From assembly GCA_965116025.1 (NCBI GenBank), contig OZ220480.1, positions 1,216,001-1,280,000 of the forward strand: 64,000 nucleotides of DNA. The letters are read 5' to 3'. Origin of the DNA: an uncultured candidatus Porisulfidus sp. (lineage in GTDB: Bacteria; Pseudomonadota; Gammaproteobacteria; Poriferisulfidales; Poriferisulfidaceae). Numbering within the stretch: the stretch's first letter is position 1; each line of letters opens with the position of its first letter. A model generated the notes under the pieces. The model did no database searches, was not told where the DNA came from, and worked only from the letters and a program-made list of their open reading frames with translations. Positions 33,913-42,927 of the stretch are shown here, in pieces. A program made the position numbers and the translations under genes.

Positions 33913-35132
33913 GCGTCAAGAATCGCACCATCTTCACGGGCGACTGCCTCGAGATCATGCGGGGCATGGCGGACGAGTGCGTCGACTTGATCTATCTGGA
34001 TCCACCGTTCAATAGCAACGCCAACTACGCCGCTCCGATCGGAAGCGAGGCGGCGGGCGCGGAATTCAAGGATACCTGGGGGCTGTCGGATATCGACCTC
34101 GCATGGTGGGGCGAGATTGAGGAAGGCTATCCCGCGCTATACAAGTTGCTCGCCGCCGCGCGCGAGACGCATTCCAAATCCATGATGGCGTACTTGATTT
34201 ACATGGCTGTGCGGGTCATTGAAATGAAACGGTTGCTGAAAGTCACTGGAAGCATCTATCTGCATTGCGACCAAACGGCCGGACATTACCTGAAACTCAT
34301 GTTAGACGCGATTTTCGGGAAGGCCAATTTCAGGAACGAGATCGTCTGGTGGTATCGCAGGTGGCCAGCGAAGCAAAAGAATTTCCAACGAATGCATGAC
34401 ACGATTTTTCGCTACTCGAATACAGGCGAGTGGGTTTGGAATCAGTTGTACGACGATCTCTCCGAATCGAGTCGGAAGATGTGGAAAGGAAAAGCGCGGG
34501 TTGATGTCACCAATGCGGAAGGGCGTAGGCATAGCGTAACCGGCGAGCAAGAATCTAAAGGCGTCCCAATGCGTGACGTTTGGGAGATCGCCGTTGTCCA
34601 TCCTGGTTCCAAGCAGAGCACTGGCTACCCCACGCAAAAACCCCTTGACCTGCTCCGCCGCATCGTCCAGGCGTCAAGCGACGAAGGCGACATGGTGCTG
34701 GATCCATTTTGCGGGTGCGCGACCGCTTGCGTGGCGGCGGAAGTTGAGCACCGTCAGTGGATAGGGATCGATGTCAGCGAAAAGGCTTACGAACTGGTGA
34801 AGGCGCGCTTGAAGCGCGAGGTCAATATTGGCAAGGGCGCGATGTTCGGCAAGGCGATCCACCGCACGGATATCCCGACCGACCGCGCTGGCAAGCGCTC
34901 CAAGGACATCAAGCACATGCTGTACGGACGGCAGGAAGGAGTGTGCGCAGGTTGCTTGCTATGGTTCCCGTTCCGAAACATGACGCTGGATCACAAGATC
35001 CCGCTCGCGAAGGGTGGCGCGGACACGGACGAAAACCTGCAGCTGCTCTGCGGAGCGTGCAATTCGAAGAAGGGTGGCCGCCCGATGGAAGAGCTGATCG
35101 CCGCGTTGACGGCGGAGGGAACGCGGCGGTAA
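33909..35132 (+). CDS. Beta-class N6/N4 DNA methyltransferase fused to a C-terminal HNH nuclease domain
   Basis: IYLDPPFNSN, YPTQKPLDLL, VLDPFCGC; then CAGC..TLDHKIPLAKGGADTDENLQLLCGACNSKKG. Confidence 0.9.
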   Translation: MSVKNRTIFTGDCLEIMRGMADECVDLIYLDPPFNSNANYAAPIGSEAAGAEFKDTWGLSDIDLAWWGEIEEGYPALYKLLAAARETHSKSMMAYLIYMAVRVIEMKRLLKVTGSIYLHCDQTAGHYLKLMLDAIFGKANFRNEIVWWYRRWPAKQKNFQRMHDTIFRYSNTGEWVWNQLYDDLSESSRKMWKGKARVDVTNAEGRRHSVTGEQESKGVPMRDVWEIAVVHPGSKQSTGYPTQKPLDLLRRIVQASSDEGDMVLDPFCGCATACVAAEVEHRQWIGIDVSEKAYELVKARLKREVNIGKGAMFGKAIHRTDIPTDRAGKRSKDIKHMLYGRQEGVCAGCLLWFPFRNMTLDHKIPLAKGGADTDENLQLLCGACNSKKGGRPMEELIAALTAEGTRR

Positions 35133-35222
35133 TTCCTCCTCCGGGCTCCTCGTCCTCTCCTTGGAAGAGTCTCGCGCCGTCGCGGAGTTCCCGATTCGGT
35201 CCTCTGGGGTATACTTGCCCGA

Positions 35223-36119
35223 ATGATGTCCGATGCCGACGCGATCGACGCGTTTCTCGACAGCAGTTGGGCGGAGCAGGGGCTTGCCCACGCCACGATG
35301 AAGGCGTATCGCTCTGATCTTTCAGGGTTTTCTAGTTGGTTGCGCGATCAGGGCGGGGACCTGCGCGGCGCGGGCGGCGACGATATCCAGATGTACTTGG
35401 CCGCCCGGCTCCAGAAAGGCGCGCGCGCCACCAGCGTGGCCCGAGTCCTCTCGGCGATCCGGCTGTTCTATCGCTACGCGAAGCGACATGCCTTGCGCGC
35501 CGACGATCCATGCGCTCGGGTCATCGCCCCGAAGCCGTCCCAATATCTTCCGGCCGTGTTGAGCGAGCAGGAAATCGAGACCTTGCTGGCCGCGCCGGAC
35601 GTGGGCGAGCCCAGGGGCTTGCGAGACCGCGCCATGCTCGAGCTGCTCTACGCTTGCGGGCTCCGGGTCAGCGAGCTCGTCTCTCTCAAGCGGGGCCAGA
35701 TCAACATGGAGAGCGGGGTTCTGCGACTGGTGGGGAAGGGCGGAAAGGAAAGGCTGGCGCCATTCGGCGAATGCGCGTCCGACTGGCTGGCCCGCTATCT
35801 CCGGGACTCCCGGCCCCGACTGCTGAAGGGGCGCTCGCGAACGGAAGATTTCTTCGTCACTCGGCAGGGTCGGGCGATGAGCCGCCAGGCGTTCTGGCAG
35901 ACGCTTCGCCGGATGGCCCGAAAGTCTGGAATTGGCAAGCCCTTGACCCCGCACACGTTGCGGCATACGTTCGCGACGCACCTTCTGAACAATGGCGCGG
36001 ACCTGCGGTCCGTGCAGATGCTGCTGGGCCACAGCGACCTGGCCACGACCCAGATCTACACCCATGTCGCGCAGGACAGGCTCAAGCGCATGCATCGCGT
36101 CCATCATCCTCGTGGCTAG
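35223..36119 (+). CDS. xerD: Tyrosine recombinase XerD
   Basis: RDRAMLELLYACGLRVSEL, GKGGKER, HTLRHTFATHLL, LGHSDLATTQIYTHV; xerD-dsbC synteny. Confidence 0.95.
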   Translation: MMSDADAIDAFLDSSWAEQGLAHATMKAYRSDLSGFSSWLRDQGGDLRGAGGDDIQMYLAARLQKGARATSVARVLSAIRLFYRYAKRHALRADDPCARVIAPKPSQYLPAVLSEQEIETLLAAPDVGEPRGLRDRAMLELLYACGLRVSELVSLKRGQINMESGVLRLVGKGGKERLAPFGECASDWLARYLRDSRPRLLKGRSRTEDFFVTRQGRAMSRQAFWQTLRRMARKSGIGKPLTPHTLRHTFATHLLNNGADLRSVQMLLGHSDLATTQIYTHVAQDRLKRMHRVHHPRG

Positions 36120-36822
36120 GCTCGTTCTTCTGCTTGGCGCATGCCTGCTCGCGGTCGCGGCTTCCGCCGAAATGAGCGAGACGCAGCTTCGCGAGCGATT
36201 GCGGGAGTTGAACCCGGACCTTGCTCCCGACCGGATTCGTCCCGCCCCGGTGGCGGGTTTGCGCGAGGTTCTGTACGGGGGCCACGTCCTCTATATCACG
36301 ACCGACGGCAAGCATCTGTTCTCGGGCGGCGAGCTGATTGATCTGGACCGACGGATCAGCCTGACCGAGGTCTCCCGGTCCGCGGCCCGAGCGGAGCTGC
36401 TGGAAGCCTACGGCGCGGACAAGATGCTGGTCTTTCCAGCGACCGCTCCGCCGCGCCACGCCATCGTCGTGGTGACGGACATCGACTGTCCGTACTGCCA
36501 GAAATTCCATGAGCACATGAGGGAGCTCAACGCCGCGGGCGTGGAGGTCCGATATCTTCTGTATCCGCGGGCGGGCGTGGAGAGCGGCAGTTACGAGAAA
36601 TCCGTCAGCGTATGGTGCGCTTTGGACCGCCGGGACGCGTTGACCCGCGCCAAGCTCCAGGAGCCGATTCCGCCGAGGGCTTGCGCCAACCCGGTCGTCG
36701 AGCACATGGATCTGGTGGACAAGATCGGCGTCAGCTCGACGCCTTCCATATTTCTGCCGGATGGCGCGCTGGTTCGAGGCTACCGCCCGCCGGCGGAGCT
36801 TCTGGCGCTGTTGCTCGACTGA
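36112..36822 (+). CDS. dsbC: Disulfide isomerase DsbC
   Basis: Signal peptide, TDIDCPYC, SVWCA, GVSSTP. Confidence 0.92.
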   Translation: MARLVLLLGACLLAVAASAEMSETQLRERLRELNPDLAPDRIRPAPVAGLREVLYGGHVLYITTDGKHLFSGGELIDLDRRISLTEVSRSAARAELLEAYGADKMLVFPATAPPRHAIVVVTDIDCPYCQKFHEHMRELNAAGVEVRYLLYPRAGVESGSYEKSVSVWCALDRRDALTRAKLQEPIPPRACANPVVEHMDLVDKIGVSSTPSIFLPDGALVRGYRPPAELLALLLD

Positions 36823-36832
36823 TCCTTGGCGG

Positions 36833-39800
36833 TCAGGCGGACATCTCGCGCAACTGGCGCGCGCGCGTGAACAGCAGGGAGCAGCGAGTCGAGCGGTCCG
36901 GATAGACGAGGCGGATGAAGCGGGCGTACTCGCTCATCTGCGTGGCGTAGCGTTCAGCGATCTCGTTGAGCCGCTTCGGGTCTTCCGTGGCGTGCGACTT
37001 GAAATCGATAATCCATGCTTGGTCCGGCGAGATCAGCAGCCGGTCGATGACGCCATAGCCCTCGCCCGCCTCGGTGTCGCAAAGCACCGGAACTTCCGTG
37101 TAGACGCGGGTTCGCCCGTCGGGTCGGAAAATCGAGTCGAGCGTCGGGTCGCCGACCAGTCGGCGGGCCTCGTCCAGGCAGCCTTGGATCTCGGGATCTT
37201 CTGGCGGGCGACCAAGCCCGCGCGCCAGATTCTCGATCCGGTCTGGACCAGGCTCCCCGGTTTCCAGCGTCTCGATCAGGGCATGAATGAGGACGCCGCG
37301 CTTCAGCGCGCCCGGTCGCGCGTTCCCACTCTCTTGGTCCTCCGGGCGTTCTGACGTACGGGTCGCGCTCGGTGGCATGGTCCCGGCGTCCGGGAGCTTC
37401 AGGGGCTCGTCTAATCCGGCGTGGTTGGGCTCGGGCGTGGCCGGGGGGGTGACGGGGTCGGCGGCCCGCGGCGCCGGCCCTAGCGCCAGACCATCGGTAT
37501 CATCGTCCCCGATGAAGAGACCGAGCGTCGTCTCCCGCAGTTCCTGGTGGAGCTCCTCGTGCTGGCAGAGAATCAGCATCTGCCGAGCGCGGGTGAACGC
37601 GACGTAGGCGCGGTTGATCTCCTCCTCTTTCCTTTTTCGGCGCGCTTCTTCCAGACATTCCCGCGAATGGGAATCCATGTCCTCCTTGCGGGGACGGAAC
37701 AGAAAGCGGCGTGGGCGATCTTGGTCGGCGGGCCAGTCGATCAGGAGCTCGCCAAGCCGGCCTTGCTCCCGGGGCTTGTCGAGGTCCACGTACACGACGA
37801 TCGGCGCTTCCAGCCCCTTGGCCGCGTGCACGGTCAGGATCTGGACGCGATCATCCTGATCGCTCGACTTGAGGCTGACGAGGTCGGGCGCGTCGTAGCC
37901 CTCGATGTGGCCGCGGCGCATCTCCTCGATGAAGTGGACGAAGGCCGCTGTGCTCGGGTAGCGCCCGCTGTCGAACTCCAAAGTCAACTCTATGAAGCGG
38001 GTCAGGTTGCTGACCGCCCGCTCGCCGCGCTCGCCCGGCCAGGCGCCTTGGTAGCGGCGCAAGGCATCCGTCTCGAAGTACACGCGATCCAGCAGGTCAT
38101 GGGTGGGAATGCGCCCGACCAGGGCGCGCCACTCCTGAAAACTTTCCGCCGCGCGGCGCAACGGATGCTCGGGATCTTTCCGCGCGGCCAGGGCCTCCAG
38201 TCGGTCGCGCCAGAGTCCCGAGTCCGTTCTCGTCTCCGCCAGCTCCATCAGCTCCTCGTCCGTCACGCCGTACAGGGGAGAGCGCAGGACCTGCGCCAAA
38301 CTCAGGTCGTCGGCCGGGCGGACCAGGAACTGCAGCAGGGCCTGCATGTCCCGCACCTCCAGATGCTGGAGCAGGGTCTGCCGGGATTGCCGCGCGAAGG
38401 GGATCTCGCGCCGGGCCAGGGCATGCTCGATCTGCGGGACATGGGTGCGACGGTCCACCAGTATCATGCAGTCGCGGAACTGGGCGGCTCGGGGACCCGC
38501 GCCCGGATCCTCGATTCTGGTTCGCTCCTCCACGATTCTCTGGATTCGCTCGGCGATCCGGTCGGCCGTCCGCTCCAGATGGGTGGACTGGGCGCCCGGG
38601 CGTGGCTGGGTCAGGGGGTCGCGCAACGGCTCGCTCGGGTCGGGGGGAACTGGTCGGGCCCGCGGCTTCTTCTCGACCGGCGGCAGCAGCTCGACCCGTC
38701 CCCAGAGATCCTTCTGGAGCGCGTCGTGCGTCGTGAAGCCCGGCAGGGGAAAGACGCCGCCCGCCTGAAACGTGGCGTTGACGAAGTCGATGAGGACGGG
38801 GGCGGAGCGGCGGGACGAGTCCATGGAAATGGGGCCGCCCGCCCGGAGGCGGGACTGGAGGTACGCGCTGGCCTCTTTCTGGATCTCCGGGTTGGCGCGG
38901 CGCCATTGGTAGATGGACTGCTTGGTATCGCCGACGATGAAGGCGGAGCCGTCGCCGGTCTCCTCCAGCGCGTCCAGAAAAACCCGAAGCGTCTGCCAGG
39001 AAAGGGAGTCGGTGTCCTGAAACTCGTCGACCAGGACGTGCCGAAAGCTCTGCCCGAGCTTGTACCGCACCCATTCGACTCCGCCATCCATCAGGCGGTT
39101 CGAGAACCATAGCAGGTCGTCGAAGTCCAGATAGCCCTGGTCCCGCTTGAGGCGCTGGTAGTGGTCGGCCAGCCGCCCGACGAGAGCGTACCAGTGTCCA
39201 TTGATCTCGCGGGACTTCCGGCGCAGCAGCCGGTCCAGGGCGGCGTGGATTTGGGGAGGTATTATGGAGAGAAGCTCCATGAGCTCGTCGATATCTTGGC
39301 CAAGACGTTGCTGGACCTTCTCGGCGGTTGGCCAAAGCGACGAGCGAAGCTCGCCCTCGCCCGGGTCGTGCAGCGCGTCGCTTAGCTGGCGGACCCGCTC
39401 CAGGCTCTCCGGCCCCTCGCGTTCCAGGGCGGCGACCAGTTTAGCGGCGGCCTTGGCTTGGTGGGAGCGGTTAGTCTTCCCGCTTTTTTCGAGAAGGCTC
39501 GCGAGCCGCCGGATGTCCGTCTCCAGATCGGCGATTCGGACTGGCGGCTCCTCGTCCGGGCCGAAGACGTCGTCGCGCAGATGCGCGCGGAGCTGGGCCA
39601 GACCCCGCTCGCCCGCGAAGGCGCGCCATTCCAGGATATGCTCCCGAAACTCCTCCAGGGCGCGTCGCAGCTCCGACAGGCTCGGGTATTCCGCGATGAT
39701 GGCGTTCATGGATGCCGCCAGCTCGCCATCGGGGTCGCGGCGGGCCTCCTCGAACAGAAGGTCCTCGGCCGCCTGATGCAGGCGGGCGGACTGCTCTCTT

Positions 39801-40219
39801 TGCGGGATCGAGAATCCGGCCGGGGCGCCCGCCTCGAGGGGGAAGCGCCGCAACAGCTCCTGGAAGAAGGAGTGGAAGGTCGCGACGCGGACGCCCGGGT
39901 CGGAGAACTGCGCGGTCTCGAACAAGGCGCGAGCGCGGGCTAGATTCTCTTCCGGGGAGGCGACGCCGATTCTCGCCAGCTCTTCCGCCAGCGCGCCGTC
40001 GTCCAAGGACAGCCACTTCTCCAGTCGCTCGACCAGACGCTGCTGGATTTCGGTCGCTGCCTTGCGGGTGAAGGTGATGGCCAGGATGGAATCGGGCTCG
40101 GCGCCGCCCAGTAGCAGGCGCAACAGACGGGCCACCAGCAACCAGGTCTTCCCGGTTCCGGCCGAGGCGAAGACGGCGACGCTTCTCGCCGGGTCAGCGG
40201 GGGCCAGCGGGTCGGTCAT
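36833..40219 (-). CDS. addA: AddA/RecB-like helicase-nuclease
   Basis: ASAGTGKT, AITFTRKAA, VDEFQDT, VGDTKQSIYQWR, TVHAAKGLE, YVAFTRAR, C-terminal GVIDRL..IIDFKS nuclease. Confidence 0.88.
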   Translation of the reverse strand: MTDPLAPADPARSVAVFASAGTGKTWLLVARLLRLLLGGAEPDSILAITFTRKAATEIQQRLVERLEKWLSLDDGALAEELARIGVASPEENLARARALFETAQFSDPGVRVATFHSFFQELLRRFPLEAGAPAGFSIPQREQSARLHQAAEDLLFEEARRDPDGELAASMNAIIAEYPSLSELRRALEEFREHILEWRAFAGERGLAQLRAHLRDDVFGPDEEPPVRIADLETDIRRLASLLEKSGKTNRSHQAKAAAKLVAALEREGPESLERVRQLSDALHDPGEGELRSSLWPTAEKVQQRLGQDIDELMELLSIIPPQIHAALDRLLRRKSREINGHWYALVGRLADHYQRLKRDQGYLDFDDLLWFSNRLMDGGVEWVRYKLGQSFRHVLVDEFQDTDSLSWQTLRVFLDALEETGDGSAFIVGDTKQSIYQWRRANPEIQKEASAYLQSRLRAGGPISMDSSRRSAPVLIDFVNATFQAGGVFPLPGFTTHDALQKDLWGRVELLPPVEKKPRARPVPPDPSEPLRDPLTQPRPGAQSTHLERTADRIAERIQRIVEERTRIEDPGAGPRAAQFRDCMILVDRRTHVPQIEHALARREIPFARQSRQTLLQHLEVRDMQALLQFLVRPADDLSLAQVLRSPLYGVTDEELMELAETRTDSGLWRDRLEALAARKDPEHPLRRAAESFQEWRALVGRIPTHDLLDRVYFETDALRRYQGAWPGERGERAVSNLTRFIELTLEFDSGRYPSTAAFVHFIEEMRRGHIEGYDAPDLVSLKSSDQDDRVQILTVHAAKGLEAPIVVYVDLDKPREQGRLGELLIDWPADQDRPRRFLFRPRKEDMDSHSRECLEEARRKRKEEEINRAYVAFTRARQMLILCQHEELHQELRETTLGLFIGDDDTDGLALGPAPRAADPVTPPATPEPNHAGLDEPLKLPDAGTMPPSATRTSERPEDQESGNARPGALKRGVLIHALIETLETGEPGPDRIENLARGLGRPPEDPEIQGCLDEARRLVGDPTLDSIFRPDGRTRVYTEVPVLCDTEAGEGYGVIDRLLISPDQAWIIDFKSHATEDPKRLNEIAERYATQMSEYARFIRLVYPDRSTRCSLLFTRARQLREMSA

Positions 40220-40251
40220 GCGGCGCGGGCGAGGCCCGGGGTCGGTCGGGA

Positions 40252-40337
40252 TGGTGCCGATGGCCGGACTCGAACCGGCACGGCTTTCGCCACTGCCCCC
40301 TCAAGACAGCGTGTCTACCAAATTCCACCACATCGGC
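40252..40337 (-). tRNA. tRNA-Leu(GAG)
   Basis: GCCGATGTGGTGGAATTTGGTAGACACGCTGTCTTGAGGGGGCAG..GGTTCGAGTCC..GGCACCA; long variable arm; secG-linked. Confidence 0.95.
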
Positions 40338-40374
40338 ATCCGTCCGCCATGACCCTGGAACGCGGCCGCCGGGA

Positions 40375-40743
40375 CTACTCGGGAATCTCCGCCGCTGGAC
40401 CCGTTTTCGTTTCCGTTTCCATGGCGGCCGGCAACTCTATCGTTTCCGTCTCGGGGAGAGCGGGCTCGATCGCTGGCTCGACGATCCTTCCCATGATGCT
40501 CTCCTCCGGCGGCATGGTCTTCACGACCCACGCCAGCGCCAGGCAGTTGGCGAAGAACAGGGCGACCACGACGGCGGTGGCCCGGCTGAGGAAGGTCGCG
40601 CTTCCGCGCGCGCCGAAGACGGAGCCGGAGGCGCCTCCGCCGAACGCGGCGCCGGTGTCGGCGCCCCGGCCGTGCTGCAACAGCACCAAGGCGATGATGC
40701 TCAGCGACAGCAGCAACGCGGTAACTACGAGAAGGGTATGCAT
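40375..40743 (-). CDS. secG: Preprotein translocase SecG
   Basis: VLLQHGRGADTGAAFGGGASGSVFG. Confidence 0.96.
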   Translation of the reverse strand: MHTLLVVTALLLSLSIIALVLLQHGRGADTGAAFGGGASGSVFGARGSATFLSRATAVVVALFFANCLALAWVVKTMPPEESIMGRIVEPAIEPALPETETIELPAAMETETKTGPAAEIPE

Positions 40744-40747
40744 GGGT

Positions 40748-41521
40748 CTATTTTCGCACGGCCCGGCAAATGCCCAGGAATTCGTCAGCGGACAGGGACG
40801 CGCCGCCGACCAGGCCGCCGTCGATGTCCGGCATGGCGAATAGGTCGGGGGCGTTGCGCGTGTTGACGCTGCCGCCGTACAGCAAAACGGTGTCCCGCGC
40901 CGCGGACCCGATTTCCCGTTCCAGTCGCGCGCGGATGGCGGCGTGGGCCTCTTGCGCCAGGTCCGGGGTGGCGGCGACGCCGGAACCGATGGCCCAGACC
41001 GGCTCGTAGGCGATCATCACGCGCGGGAACGCTTCAGGAATCTCCCGAACCGCCTCCAGCTGCCGGTGGAGCGCGTCCAGAGTCCGGCCCGCCTCGCGCT
41101 CCTCCCAGGTCTCCCCGACGCACAGGATGGTCTGGATGTCTCCCGGGGCGTCCGCCAGCGCTGGCGGATTCAGGAGCGCGAGCTTCCGCTGGATCATCTC
41201 GTCGGACTCGCCGTACGCGTGACGGCGCTCGGAATGTCCGATGAGGACGTGCGAGCACCCGAGATCGGCCAGCATGGCGGCGGACACCTCGCCGGTGCAG
41301 GCGCCGTCGGGCTGGTCGCAGACGTTTTGGGCCCCGACCCCCACCGCTCCTCCCTTGGTTCGCTCAAGAACGTCGGGCAGGTGGACGAATGGGGGAAAGA
41401 TCAGGATCTTCCGGTCGACGAGGTCTTCGGCTCCGCGCGCGACGGCGTGGGCTAGAGCCCGAGCGGAATCTCGCGTGCCGTGCATCTTCCAGTTGCCGGC
41501 GATGACGGTTGGGCGGGTCAT
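40748..41521 (-). CDS. tpiA: Triosephosphate isomerase
   Basis: AGNWKM, IGHSERR, AYEPVWAIG, LYGGSV, LVGGASL. Confidence 0.97.
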   Translation of the reverse strand: MTRPTVIAGNWKMHGTRDSARALAHAVARGAEDLVDRKILIFPPFVHLPDVLERTKGGAVGVGAQNVCDQPDGACTGEVSAAMLADLGCSHVLIGHSERRHAYGESDEMIQRKLALLNPPALADAPGDIQTILCVGETWEEREAGRTLDALHRQLEAVREIPEAFPRVMIAYEPVWAIGSGVAATPDLAQEAHAAIRARLEREIGSAARDTVLLYGGSVNTRNAPDLFAMPDIDGGLVGGASLSADEFLGICRAVRK

Positions 41522-41573
41522 GAGGGAGGCCTGGCGAGACGCGGTGAGGACGCGGCGCGCATTATACGGGGCG

Positions 41574-42905
41574 TCAGACGCTCGCGGCGACCGAATCGGC
41601 GATGGATCGCGCCAAGGCCTCGACTCTGCCTTGGTCTTCTCCCTCGACCATGACGCGCAGTACGGGCTCCGTTCCCGAAGGGCGCAGAAGCACTCGGCCG
41701 CGCTCGCCGAGCTCCGCGCGCGCGTTCCGCAGGGCCGTGTCCGTGGCGGGACCGGGCTCATGGTCGCGCGGGCACCGCACGTTGATCATGGTTTGCGGAT
41801 ACTTTCGCAGGTCCGCGCGGATCCGGCACAGAGGCTGATCGAGCGCGCGCGCGGCCTCCAGCGCTTGCAGAGCCGCGACCATCGCGTCGCCCGCGCGGGC
41901 CCGGTCGCGGCAGACGATGTGCCCGGACGTCTCTCCGCCAATCCACCAGTCGAGGGCGAGCAGGCGCTCCTGGACGTAGCGGTCGCCGACCGCGGCGCGC
42001 TCGAACGGGATGTCCAGGGCGGCGAGCGCCCGCTCCAGGCCCAGGTTGCTCATTTGGGTGCCGACCACGCCGCCGCGCAGGGCGCCGCGGGCCTTCCGAG
42101 CGCGGGCGATGACGTACAGCAGATCGTCGCCGTCCGCGATCTCTCCCTCCTCGTCGACCATGATCAGGCGGTCGGCGTCGCCGTCCACGGCCAGGCCGAG
42201 GTCGGCGCCGTGGCGGCGCGTCTGGTCGCGCAGAAACTCCGGGCAAGTCGCGCCGCATCCGTCGTTGATGTTCGTTCCGTCGGGCTCGACCCCAACCGCC
42301 GTCACGCGCGCGCCCAACTCCTCGAACAACCTCGGAGCGATCCGATAGGCGGCTCCATGCGCGCAGTCGACCACGAGGCGCAGGCCATCCAGACGGAAGC
42401 CTTCGGGCACGGTTCTCTTGCAGAAATCGAGGTAGCGGCGTCCGGCGTCGCCGATCCGGCGGGCCTTGCCGGGAAGCGACCGGGGGTCGATCTCCATCGG
42501 CCGTTCCAGCTCCGCCTCGACGCGCCGCTCGACCTCGTCGGGCAGCTTGTCGCCGTTCGCGTCGAACAGCTTGATGCCGTTGTCGTGATGCGGGTTGTGC
42601 GAGGCGCTGATGACGATGCCGGCGCAGGCTCCGAGGTCCCGCGTCAACAGAGCGACGGCGGGGGTTGGTTGCGGACCTAGCAGCAGGACGTTGACGCCGG
42701 CCGCGGACAGTCCGGCCTCCAGCGCCGATTCGAACATGTAGCCCGAGCGGCGGGTGTCCTTGCCGATCAAGATCCGCGGCGCGGCGGTCTCGCGCCCGAG
42801 CGCGCGCCCGATGGCCCAGCCCAGACGGAGCACGAAGTCCGGGGTCATCGGAGGGATCCCGACCCGACCGCGGACGCCGTCGGTTCCGAAATAGGCGCGG
42901 GACAT
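41574..42905 (-). CDS. glmM: Phosphoglucosamine mutase
   Basis: FGTDGVRG, ISASHNP, DGDADR, RPSGTEP. Confidence 0.97.
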   Translation of the reverse strand: MSRAYFGTDGVRGRVGIPPMTPDFVLRLGWAIGRALGRETAAPRILIGKDTRRSGYMFESALEAGLSAAGVNVLLLGPQPTPAVALLTRDLGACAGIVISASHNPHHDNGIKLFDANGDKLPDEVERRVEAELERPMEIDPRSLPGKARRIGDAGRRYLDFCKRTVPEGFRLDGLRLVVDCAHGAAYRIAPRLFEELGARVTAVGVEPDGTNINDGCGATCPEFLRDQTRRHGADLGLAVDGDADRLIMVDEEGEIADGDDLLYVIARARKARGALRGGVVGTQMSNLGLERALAALDIPFERAAVGDRYVQERLLALDWWIGGETSGHIVCRDRARAGDAMVAALQALEAARALDQPLCRIRADLRKYPQTMINVRCPRDHEPGPATDTALRNARAELGERGRVLLRPSGTEPVLRVMVEGEDQGRVEALARSIADSVAASV

Positions 42906-42927
42906 GCGCGGGAGAGCCGCGACGGGA

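Noticed and set aside
35223-36119. Tyrosine recombinase as the integrase or invertase of a mobile element
   Set aside because: Typical XerD sequence in xerD-dsbC context; a housekeeping gene.
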